64,000 bases of DNA from the human T2T-CHM13v2.0 reference genome, Homo sapiens. The translations under genes were made by a program, and so were the position numbers. Shown here one piece after another: positions 27,075 through 38,479 of the stretch. Each line of letters begins with the position of its first letter. The first letter of the stretch is position 1. The DNA lies in the NCBI RefSeq assembly GCF_009914755.1, contig NC_060933.1, one strand, 5' to 3'. The notes below the pieces were generated by a model, which saw nothing but the letters and a program-made list of their open reading frames with translations, made no database searches and had not been told where the DNA came from.

Positions 27075-28507
27075 GAATAGAAAAAAAAATCCTAAAATTC
27101 ATATGAAATTACAGAAGATCTGAATACCCAAAACAATCTTGAGCAAGAAAAACATCCTCTCATTGTTAGGGGTGGCAAATATCTGAGTCTCACGGCACCA
27201 AATATGAGTTACTGGTGGTGAATCTGTACAGGTCTGCAGCAACCTCAATTCTTGCCTCCTCAGAAGAAAGAATTTGAGGGACATAAGGCAGAAAAAGAAA
27301 CTGAGGTGTGTTTCAGAGCAGGAGTAGAAGTTTATTTTAAAAGGCTTTAGAACGCGAAATAAAGGAAGGTACACTTGGAAAAAACCCAAGTGGGCTTGTG
27401 AAGGTCAAGTGTGGTGTTTAACCTTGATCCTAGTGCTTCACAGGCTGGCCCCTTTCCCATGATTCTTCCCTTGGTGGGCTGTCCGCATGGGCTGTGCTCT
27501 CCTTACACTTGGGAATTGAGTACATGCAGTGTGTTTAGGAAGTATGCATGCCCATCTCAGGCTTTTTCCTTTTCCAGTGGGGTGCTCGGGAAGGTCGTAT
27601 TTTTCCATTTTGTCTCTTAATGCACATGCCTGGGAAGTTGCTTCTCCCTGGTGTCTGCATTCAACTAACACTTTAGTGCAACGGGTGTGGATCATCAGGA
27701 AATGGCCTCTCCCTGGTGCCAGCTGCCAATTTAGCACGTTTAGAGAGGCAATGTGATAATTACCAAACCGTCACCCAACAGTTGTAGTGGGTTGGGGAGA
27801 GCCTTCTCCTGCCTGCTTACTCCTGTCGAGCTACCTGCAACATTATGATGGCTGTTATCCACAAAACAAAAAAGCAAGAATGTAGAGGGATGGGATCCCT
27901 TGTACACTGTTGGAATGTAAGATGGTGCAGCCATTATGAAAAACAGTATGTAGGGACTTCAAATAATTAAAACTAGTACTATATAATACAATCATCCTAC
28001 TTGCGGGTGTATATCCTAAACTATTAAAATCAGGATTTTGAAGAGATATCTGCATTCCCCTATTCATTGCAGCATTATTCCCAATGGTCAAGATATGGAA
28101 ACAGCCTAAATGTCCATGGATGGATGAACAAATATTTTACAATGTGTATAATTTAATGGAACATTATTCAGAAGAAGGAAATCCTGCTGCATGCACCAAC
28201 ATAGATGAGCTTGGAAGATAATATACTAAGTGAAATAAGCCAATCACAGAAAACAAATACTCTTCAATTCCACGTTTGTGAGGAATCTAACATAGTCAAA
28301 CTCAGAGAAGCATCAAGTAGATTGGTGGCTGTCAGGGCTTAGAGGGAGGGGAACTGGAAACTTCTTCAATGGATAAGAAGTTTGTTATGCAAGATAAATA
28401 TGTTCTAAACATCTAATGTACAACATAGGGTTTATAATTTACAATACTGCATTGCACACTTAATTTTTTAAGTGGGTAGATCTCATGTCGTTACACAATA
28501 TAAAAAT
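27075..28507 (+). mobile_element. L1MA9/L1MB-like 3' fragment split by a solo LTR
   Basis: aaaatcctaaaattcatatg ORF2 piece; agagatatctgcattcccc...tgttctaaacatctaatgtacaacata 3' UTR. Confidence 0.8.
27164..27842 (-). mobile_element. ERV1 solo LTR, MER50-family-like
   Basis: tgtt...aaca termini; ggtctgcagcaacctcaattcttgcctcctcagaagaaagaat motif; near-TSD tcat/ttat. Confidence 0.8.
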
Positions 28508-28641
28508 ATATTATGAATGTTTTTAAAAATCAGTATTTGTATTTACATATATTCATATTTATATCTTGTATTTTCACGAACCAGCTGTCAGTAGGAGGTT
28601 TCCTTGGAGGTTGGAGAGCACAGGAAAAATTTAATCAGCTT

Positions 28642-28644
<3 letters not shown>

Positions 28645-28680
<36 letters not shown>
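28645..28680. repeat. (AC)n microsatellite
   Basis: Directly visible. Confidence 0.95.
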
Positions 28681-28684
<4 letters not shown>

Positions 28685-31600
28685 TAATGTGATGTGTGTG
28701 TAGTTTCTTTAATGAGTTCCCCTTAACTCACCTTCTTTGCACTTCATACTTTTTTCCACTCAGCCACTTACAGAACAACATTGCTACTCTGTTTATTCTC
28801 AGAACTGGCTAAATCAATTTCCACTAAGAACAGGGATGTTCTCATCCTGGGAGTGTGTTTTAGCCTTGGTTGCTGGTGTTCTCTGGGGACTGCTTTCTCC
28901 AGGTCTTACTTGAGCTCTTTATTTCCCGCATGGTACCCCACCACACCATAACAGCTATTTGCAGCAATTCTGCTAGATTTGAATGCCCCCTGCTCTGTTC
29001 ATTTACATCTTATCGGGAATTTGCCAGAAATCCCTAGGTTCTTCTCACTAATGGTGAAAATTGGGGGAACTTTTGAAAATGCACATTGTCACCTATGTTT
29101 GTAAGGTGAAGAAAGTGGAGAATCATCAGCACTAGACTGCTCTCCTGCTCCTAATGAGTACTGAAACATTAATATTGTTTAAAATGACTATTATAATCAA
29201 AAGAGTGGCAAAAATTTAACTCTCGAAATTTTGAAGGTGAAGAAATCTGATGAGGAACAAGGTAATAAAATTTAACTCACTTTTTATTTAGGACGAAAAT
29301 AATGTCTGAAACTAAGTTTTATTTTGGGGAAAGTACCAGAAGAGTTAAAAACCCAAACTGATAAAAGTCGTTGCCTGTGAGAAGCAGGTATTGTGGTGGG
29401 GAATGGTGGAATGGAGATGTTTTATTTTCTTAAGCGATTGTTTAATACTTATGTTTCACCATGTGCATGTGCTGCTATGTTCTCTCCTTTTGGTCATTTC
29501 TTTTAGAGGTTTGAAGTACCTCTGATCCTTTGCCTTCTTGGTTCTGGAACATTCTGTACCTGAAATAAAGTAGATAATCTGAACTTATATGTAGTTGATT
29601 AGGAGATTTATGGCTGTCACGATGCCCTGCTGGACACCACAGGAGTCAAGGTAACGGATAAATCATTCTTCTGAAATTAAATGACAGACTTTTTAATAAT
29701 TCATAATGTCTGAACTAAAATATTTCAAAAAGCTTTTCTTCTATCTAATAATTCAAGGTACTGTTGAGTATTTTCAATTCAAATAATCTTGTGATCAGCT
29801 CTGACTTTTCTCTAAACACATTTAATTATCACTTGTTTGTACCAAAATCAATGCTTATATTCATGGGTATGTTTTAAATTTTTGACTAAACTTACTAATT
29901 TTCTTAGCAGCCAACCACTCTGAAAGCAGATTCATATTATTTAGTGTAGGTTTGCTATTACTGTGTTAGAGTTTTAAGTGTTCTCAATGATTGAATTTTG
30001 GACATTTGGGGTTTCTTGTGAGTAAACAAAAACAGTAATTTTTAGAAAATAACTATTTTGAACATTTTCTCTCATAGTATGAAAATGTTATCTCTCCCAA
30101 TGTTAAAAGATTTGATACATTCCGTAGAATATAATTTACCAATAAAATGGAACTTTCAAAATATATGAAACACTGTCTGGTAGGTCTTGATATTAAATCC
30201 AGTTCAAGACATGATGTGTTGGCATTCGTAAGACAAACAGTGAAGTCATTTTTACTGAGTGTTAACATATTAGGTTACTCTTAAGTTTTCTATCATTCTA
30301 TTGTTTGCTGTATCTATTTGCATGCTGTTTTGATTATAATAGCCTTATGTTTTGAAAACAAAGTGTGATGCCTTCAATTTTGATTTTTGACCAACATTGC
30401 TTTTGCTATTTGAGTTTGTGGTTTTATACAAATTTTAGGACTATTTTATTTCTGTGAAAACAAATTATATCAGAATTTTTATAAGAGGCAATTTGAATCT
30501 GTAGATCACTGTGTAGTAGGAACATTTTAACCATATTAATTCTTCAAATTCATAAATGCAAGCTATTTTCCGTTTGTGTCATTTTCAGTTTCTCTCAATG
30601 TTTTATAGTTGTTTTCAGTATATGTCTTAGCTCCTTAGTTTACTCCTATTTTTTAGATGCTATTTGCAAATAGCATTGTTTATTTTGGATGTTTGTTATT
30701 AATGTATAGAAACACTGTACATTTTTTTACGTTCACTTGGTATCCTGCAACTTCACTAATTTATAAGTAGGGTTTTCTATATACAACACTATGCCATCAG
30801 CGAACAGATAAGATTTCAAAGCAGTATTTTACTGGCATAAAAACAGACATCAACAAATTATAGAAAGCTTGGAATTAAACCCAGGAATTAAGATCAATTG
30901 TTCTTTATAACAAAGGTGCCAAGAACATACTGCCCTTTTACCCTGTTTCGATAAACAGTTTTGGGGAAATTGGATATACACATGAAGGTAAGAGCCCAAT
31001 TTCACTTATCTAACCCACCTACAAAAATCAACTCAAAATGGATTAAAAAAAAGCAAGACTGAAAAACTGTAAAATTCCTAGAATAAAGTGGGAGAAAATC
31101 TCTGCAACATTGGTTTGAGCAAAAATTTATTGGATATGACCCCAAATCACAGGCACACAAAGAAGAAATAAATGGGATTAAATCTAACTAAAAAGCTTCT
31201 GCACAGCAAAAGAACTGAAGTGATAGTGCATAAGATGGGAGAATATTTGCAAATCATACATCTGATAACATGCTAATAAAATATAAGGAACTGAAAATTC
31301 AGTAGCAAGAAAACAAGTAACTGAAAAATGTGCAAAGAACTTGAATAGACATTTTTTAAAAGAGATATATGAAAAATGTTCAATGTCTTTAATCATCAAA
31401 TACAAATTAAAACCACAATGAGATATTAACTCATGGGTCAGGATGACTACTTTTAAGACTAAAAATTATTGTGGAGGATGTGGGGAAAAGGGAACCCTTG
31501 CACACTGTTATCCAAGCTATTTTAGAAAACAGTATGGAAGTTCCTCAAAGAACTAGAACTACCATATAATCCATCAATCCCCCTTCTGGGTTATACATAC

Positions 31601-31703
31601 ATAGGAATTTAAATTAATATGTCAAAGTGATATCTGCCCTCCCATGCTTATTTCAGAATTATTCACAATAGACAAGATATGGAAGCAAACTTGGTGTCCA
31701 TCA

Positions 31704-32090
<387 letters not shown>

Positions 32091-32303
32091 TTAAAAAGAA
32101 AAATCCATCATTTTAATGTAGATAAGCCTGCAGGACATTAAGCTAAGAAGACAGACAGAGAAAGACAAATACTGCATGATAACATATGTGAAATCTTGGA
32201 AAGTCGAACTCATTGAAAGGAAGAGTAGAACTTATATTACCAGCAGCTACGGGAGGGGAGAATGGGGGAAAGAAGAGATATTCGTTAAAAGGTAGAAAGT
32301 TTT

Positions 32304-32709
32304 TGTTGGGGTGATCAGACCCAATACCAGGTCGTGGGGGGGACAAAGTCCAGCGGAGTCAAAGGATTGAGAAAAACTTTGAGAGAGAAAGGTGGCACAC
32401 CAGGGGGTTATCGTGGAGGCTGTGAAATCCCCAAGCTCTGGGAGCCCACGGTATTTATTGGTAATCCAACAAAAACAGGTGCTGAGAATGTGGAGGTCAA
32501 AAGGACACGTTGCATTAAGCATGTGATTTACACCTGTGACAATTTAGCATTTATATGGAACATGTTCTGCTGCTCGAGATAATGGAAGTAGGAGCCTAGG
32601 AGGGCTAGTAGCAAGGAGCCAGCAAGTCTAGACACAGTCCAGAGGACATTATGTCAGACATGAATGCCCTGCCTCAGTTTCCCTTCCAACACTCAGCTTT
32701 TTCCCAACA
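32304..32709 (-). mobile_element. 3' LTR (LTR14B-like)
   Basis: Direct repeat of 36929-37348; preceded on minus strand by PPT. Confidence 0.9.
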
Positions 32710-32730
32710 TGCCCCTCCTCTTTTTTTTTT
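32710..32730 (-). promoter_or_regulatory. Polypurine tract
   Basis: Minus strand aaaaaaaaaagaggaggggca abutting the 3' LTR. Confidence 0.85.
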
Positions 32731-33399
32731 GTAAAAGAGAAGGTATCATTACTAGCATAGAAGGTGGCCTTCTAATGGAACAAGGCAGTTGCAGGCTGTG
32801 CAGCCCTTAATTACTGGTTGGTGATCCAGCTATATTTTTCTTAGCTCTTATTCAAACTAGAGTTGCTCTAGTTTGAATGCTTCCCACATACCTCCCCACC
32901 TTTCCCTTTTACAAGGGGACCCTTAATCCTAGGGGTTGCAGAAGGATGAAGGTCCATCTTCTGTAACTTCATGCTGAATAGGGGCGATGATACTCCTAAC
33001 TATTAGGGTCTCTTGTATTCAGGGTAGAGAGCAGCTGAGTCAGAAAACACTGGTCCATTAAAAGCATCGGGACTCCGGTTGGTCCTTGTTCCATCTTTGC
33101 ATTCAGATTCAACTGACTCATGGCTCTTACTGGGGGAACCTGGTCCATGGTTGGGATCCATGGATCCCTCCAATCTCCCGTGCCATGATCATACACACGG
33201 TTTGTTCATCTCCTGGCAAAACACAAGCAGACCCTCATGTGCACATTAGTAAATCTACTGAAACAGAAGCAAAAACTTTCGTGGCTGTGGCCAGGAGGCC
33301 ACTGATAATGAGAAACAGGTCTTTTCTGATTAACAGAAGGCACAGGGAAAGCAAATCGAGGCTTTTCAAACCTTCAATTTGCACTCTACAGGCGGTTCC

Positions 33400-33513
33400 A
33401 CTAGATGCTGTGGCTCATGATAGATCTTCGGATGTTTGGTGGGCACCCATATAGGCACCTGATTGTCACCTGAAGAGACACAAGCAAATCCTCTTTCCCA
33501 TAAAATTATCTTT
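33400..33513 (-). pseudogene. pol: Betaretrovirus-like integrase C-terminal fragment
   Basis: [27 protein letters not shown] resembles HERV-K IN [23 protein letters not shown]. Confidence 0.85.
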
Positions 33514-33561
33514 AGGCAGGGATCGGAGGAAGTAGACTCAGAGGTAAGGAGAATTTTGGGG

Positions 33562-33699
33562 CCTAATGGCTTCCTGATGTTTGATAGGTGTTCCCCTCGA
33601 AAGTTAGGAATTCCCTTTCTCTCCATATTGCTGCGTGGACACGGAGAACTAGGGAAGCATGGAGTCTGTATGTATATTTACCCTTTTTCCTTCTCCTAA
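33562..33699 (-). pseudogene. pol: HERV-W-type RNase H fragment
   Basis: [41 protein letters not shown] with frameshifts. Confidence 0.8.
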
Positions 33700-34025
33700 T
33701 TGTAGTATATAATGGCCCCTGTTTTTGCTAGGATATCTTTCCCTAACAAAGGAGTGGGGCTTTCAGGCATAATTAGAAAGGCTTGTGAAAAGAGTAAAGT
33801 TCTCCAGTCACAACTTAGTGGCTGGGAGAAGTATCTGGTGACTGCCTGTCCTAGGACCTCTCGGATAGTGACAGATCTGGAGGACAGTTCTCTGGGACAG
33901 GAGAGTAAGACTGAGAAGGCCACACCAGTGTCTAGGGGATAGTTAACCTCCTGGCCCTCAATGCTCAAGCATACCTGGGGCTCTGTGAGGGCGATGGCAC
34001 GGGCTGGCATTTGCCCTGGACACCC
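33700..34025 (-). pseudogene. pro: HERV-W-type protease
   Basis: ORF 33696..34010 with LDTGVAFSVL active site (DTG 33924-33932) and PLLGKDIL flap-following motif. Confidence 0.9.
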
Positions 34026-35035
34026 TCAGTCCTGCTGCTGGGTCATCTGGTTAGTGGCTTGACTCAAAGGAACTTCGTCCCCTGGGGCAGTGGGCCTTCC
34101 AGTGATTCCCTTGACATAAGGGGCATGGATGAGGGGGAGGCTTATTTCTATTCAGACAGTCTTTTTTAAAGTGTCCTTGTAGACCACACTGGAAGCAAGC
34201 CCTGTTAGGCATTTGATTTGCCCAGGCTTTCCCTTTTCCAGAGCCTCCAGAGTCTGCTTGCCTGAGGGTCATGACTAAAGCGGTGGCTTTCTTTTTTTTA
34301 AATCCCATTTGTCCCATTCTGCCTGCTCCTCTAATCTGTATTATAAAAAAAAAACAACTGATGTTGCCAAGTTCAATAGGGTTTCTAAGTTTTGCTCTGG
34401 GCCTAAGGCGGACTTTAAGTTTTTTCTGCAGCTGACTGTTATCCTTTAAGATTAGTTGGCCTTCAATTGAGTCAGGTGACGGAGGTATGCTTCCTCAATG
34501 CCTCCCTTAGTCTCTCCAGAAAGGCAGTAGGATTTTCTTCCTTTCCCTGTGTTGTAGTGGACATCACTGAATAATTTATAGCCTTTTTCCTAGTTTTCCT
34601 TAGTCCTTCTAGCACACAAGTTAGCAAATGTCTGCAGCACCAATCTCCGTGTTCTGATTCTGTGTCCCAGTGAGGGTCTGCACTGGAAACTGCCTGCTGG
34701 CCTGTGGGGTATTGTTCTCTTTCCTCTGTTGTCATCCTATCATTGACCTGAGATACCAGAAATCGCCAAACTCTCGGGCTGCAATTATGGCGGCACTTCT
34801 CTCATTTGGGGTTAGTGTCTTATGTAACAGTAACATTGTATGTCTCCATGTCAGATCAGAGGATTGTCTTAACCCTTGTAAAACATCAATATAGCCATCA
34901 GGGTTGTCTGAGAATTTACCTAGTCCTATTTTATTTTGCTTCAAGTCTGAGAGGGAAGAAGGTACATACACTCCGGGCTGAATTCTCCAGAATACATCTT
35001 AGGGGTGTTTTCGCCTTGGGGGGAATGTTTCCCAT
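34026..35035 (-). pseudogene. gag: HERV-W-type gag, internally deleted and frameshifted
   Basis: MGNIPPKAKTPLRCILEN; LGKFSDNPDGYIDVLQGL; MHR QGKEENPTAFLERL; zinc knuckles CFQCGLQGHFKKDC and CPLCQGNHWKAHC; QQQD-TGA stop. Confidence 0.9.
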
Positions 35036-36174
35036 CTGAAAAAAGAACACAGGGATGCCAGCACATCTATTCATTTTCTGATGAGCATTAGTCCTAGAGC
35101 ATCCTCTTTGGTCCTAATGCTTATTCCTTTCCAGTGTGCATCACCACCCATGGGCCTCTGCTTATCGGATTAGTTACGCTCACCGATGTAGCCGTCCTGC
35201 ACCTGTTTTCCTGCCTTTCTTGACCACAGAGAAAGCGGTCCGGGCTGCTGGATTCTAGTAGTCCTTTACCAGCATGCCCAACATTGCCTTTGTGCTCAGG
35301 GGTGAGTTCTAGAGCTGGGTTGGGTTCCTGATATTTCATAACAACTCAGCTGCCCCATCAAGATGTATTCCCATCAACAGTTCTTAGGCAAATTCATTTC
35401 AGAGATGATGTAGGTAACCTTTTGGAGTCAGGATTGAGAGACTTTTTTGATTCTGTAGATACTTTAAGGCTTGGCTGAGTACAAACAGCTCGCACATTTG
35501 AGCAGACCATTTATTAGGCAATTCTTCTAACTCTGCTTCCACAAGAGTCTCCCTACCAATTACTGAATACCCATTGTGTTTTTTCTCCCCCTCAATCACC
35601 TGGGAGGAGCCATCTATCGTCTTGTACTGAAGGGAGTTCCTCCTAGGTCTGGTAGGACCTTTGTATGTAATTAAGATTTAAATCCCTTATTAGGAAACCT
35701 GCTGGGTTAAGGGAATTTTCAGTGGTTAATCTTAAAAATCATCTAACAGAATAGCCCCATACTTTAAGATTGGGTTAGTAAGCTACCTTTTTGCTTTTTA
35801 CTTAGGGTAGCTCTGAACTGGTGAGGTGTGCTCACAACGAGGTTTCTTCCAAGTTATTTTTCTACTTTCTTCTGTTACCAAAGCAGTTGCCACCACCAGT
35901 GGCATGCATTTTGGCCATCCGCGGGTTACTGGGTAAGGATTTTTGACAGGAAGGCTACTGGTTGTTAGTGGTCTCAGTGCTTTCGGGCTATGCTCTTGTT
36001 TACACTGACAACAAGGTAGTATTGGAGTGTTCCGGGGTCACTGAGAAGACCTTCAATTATCAATTATAGGTTTTTAAATTTACCCTGGCTTTTAAAAGGA
36101 ATAGGGTACACTTAAAAACTACATTTTTCTCCTCTCTAGATGGATTTTGGAAATACAGCGGAAGGACGTTTGCC

Positions 36175-36778
36175 GTCCTCCCTGCTGGATTATAGTTACG
36201 GGAAATTGCCATGCTTCAAGGTCTACCTCGGCTCTAGCCTTTTGAATTTTGTATAGCACCGCTAATTACTCCAGGTTTTAATGTTGCAACTACAGGAGCA
36301 TTAAGTTTTGTAGCTAATTCATCTTGTCCATTAAGAGAGAGGATGTGGCCTTTCACTTAACTCAGCAGATGGAGCTGATGGGCTAATAGAACATACTTTT
36401 TTCAGTTTCCCTTTCTTTAATTTCTTCTGGTTTCTATTCCTCACATTCAGAATCTGTAGTTTTTTTACACTCGTCCTCATCTGAATCTGCCTCATTTGTT
36501 TGAAATGGCTCAAGAGCTGCTTTTATTAGCGTCCTCATTGACTAAACCGAGACTGGAATTCTTGCTCTATCTTTATACTTTTTTTTAAATCTCTGCCAAT
36601 TCTCTCCCATTTATCCAACTCTATAGTCCCTTTTTCCGGGAACCATAGGCAAAACTGCTTTACTGCACTAGAGTAAGTGATAACAAATTTTGAGTCCGAA
36701 CTTTTTCACTCCCCCTCTTCATAATAAAGGCCTTAAGAGATTTAAGCAAGCAGAATATCTGCTTTCACTTTGCCCCAT
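36175..36778 (-). pseudogene. gag: Betaretrovirus-like gag N-terminus (MA to start of CA), disrupted
   Basis: MGQSESRYSACLNLLRPLL*RGGVK..., CLWFPEKGTIELDKWERIG, ...DLEAWQFPVTIIQQGG; resembles HERV-K MA. Confidence 0.85.
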
Positions 36779-36905
36779 TCTTCACCCTGATTCTTCCAAG
36801 CGCTCAGCTTTCCTGCCGAGCTTCTAAAAAGACGTCCTCGGGTGTCCTTTGACGATATATCTCCGCTTTCACACACTCTAACGTTCCTACACCGAGGTCT
36901 TTATC

Positions 36906-36924
36906 ACCCCACATTGGGCAGCCA
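36906..36924 (-). promoter_or_regulatory. Primer binding site, tRNA-Lys(CUU)-like
   Basis: tggctgcccaatgtggggt versus canonical TGGCGCCCAACGTGGGGC, 4 nt downstream of the 5' LTR. Confidence 0.8.
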
Positions 36925-36928
36925 GGAA

Positions 36929-37348
36929 TGTTGGGGTGATCAGACCAACACCAGGTCATGGGGGTGACAAAGTCTAGTGGAGTTAAAGGATTGAGAAAAA
37001 AGACAGTTTGAGAGAGAAAGGTGATACATTAGAGAGGGCCATCGCTATAGTGGAGGCTGCGAAGGCTCTGAGAACTGGGAGCCCACAGTATTTATTGGTA
37101 ATCCAACAAAGAAACAGGTGGTGAGAATGTGGAGGTCAAAAGGACACGTTGCATTAAGCACGTGATTTACAGCTGTGACAATTTAGCATTTATATGGAAC
37201 ATGTTCTGCTACTTGAGATAATGGAAGTAGGAGCCTAGGAGGGCTAGAAGCAAGGAGCCAGCAAGTCTAGACACAGTCCAGAGGACATTATGTCAGACAT
37301 GCATGCCCTGCCTCAGTTTCCCTTCCAACACTCAGCTTTTTCCCAACA
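36929..37348 (-). mobile_element. 5' LTR (LTR14B-like)
   Basis: Minus strand tgttgggaaaaagctgagtgttgg...gatcaccccaaca; contains AATAAA; adjacent to PBS. Confidence 0.9.
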
Positions 37349-38479
37349 GTTTTACTTAGGAAGAATTAATTTTTAAGATTTATTGCACAATATGATGACT
37401 AAATAACAATGTATCCTACATTTCAAAATTGCCTGTTAGATTTTAAATGTTCTCACCACAAAAAAAGGTAAGTAGGTGAGGAAATGAATATGTAAATTAC
37501 CTTGATTTTATATTTCTACAATGTGTGTATGTATGTGTATATAATTTATATATCTACATACATCAAATTGTACCTCATAAATATATATAATTGTCAATTA
37601 AAAATGTTTAAGAAGAATTTATCAAAAAATTGGATAATTGAAGCAAATTTTCTTTTCCTTAAAATGAGGGAAGATTAGAGCTGGCTACCAGAATAAGGTT
37701 TTACTTTATTCACAGGCCAGCTGTGTAGGCTATCCTGAGATTTCTGTATTTGCAAGAATATAGAAACAATGTGATTTATTACATATCCAATCATACTTAA
37801 AATTTGGATAAACAAATATACATTTTTCATCAAATCTTTAAGGCACTGAGGCATATCACCAATTAAGGTTTTGGCATTGTTGATTCTTGTTTTTATCATC
37901 ATCATTTTCAACTGCAATTTTTTTTTTGTCCTAGGACAGCAACAAATGATATATTTTCATCCAGCCTCCAGTTTCTCTCATCTATGATAATGATTCCTGG
38001 ACTCACTGCTATATATACAGATCCAGTACCTTGAATTCTACTACAGATGCCGATAGTTCTCTATGCTCTTCCTCTGGTTTCTATAGTGAATGATGGTTTT
38101 TAGAGTTATACTCTTTCTTATATTTTCAGGATTATCATTTACTTCTTTGTTTTGTAGTATTTTTAAGCATAAACACAATCCTGTGCTCTAAAGACTTAGT
38201 GTTTTCTAGGAGACCAATAAATAAAAGCCTTTGGTTTTATTTACAATTTAATTGAGTGATTGTTGGGTTTAAATAACTAAAGTAAGAAGGCATTAATAAA
38301 CATAATTTCCATTCCAATATATTTTACTCCTAGAATTTTTCTTGCTATATTTTCTCAAATCCATCCATATAAGCCCATCACCACAATGATCCAGCCCACC
38401 ATTACAAACCCACCTAGACTCAAACATTTTCTTTCCATAGAAAATGTTGTTTCATTGAGCACGTGCTTCTTACAGCACC

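Larger units (their letters stand above)
32304..37348 (-). mobile_element. Hybrid endogenous retrovirus: HERV-K14 (HML-1)-type shell with HERV-W (HERV17)-type core
   Basis: Two homologous LTRs, TSD gtttt (32299-32303 and 37349-37353), PBS, PPT; beta-like MA and IN flank gamma-like gag/pro. Confidence 0.88.
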
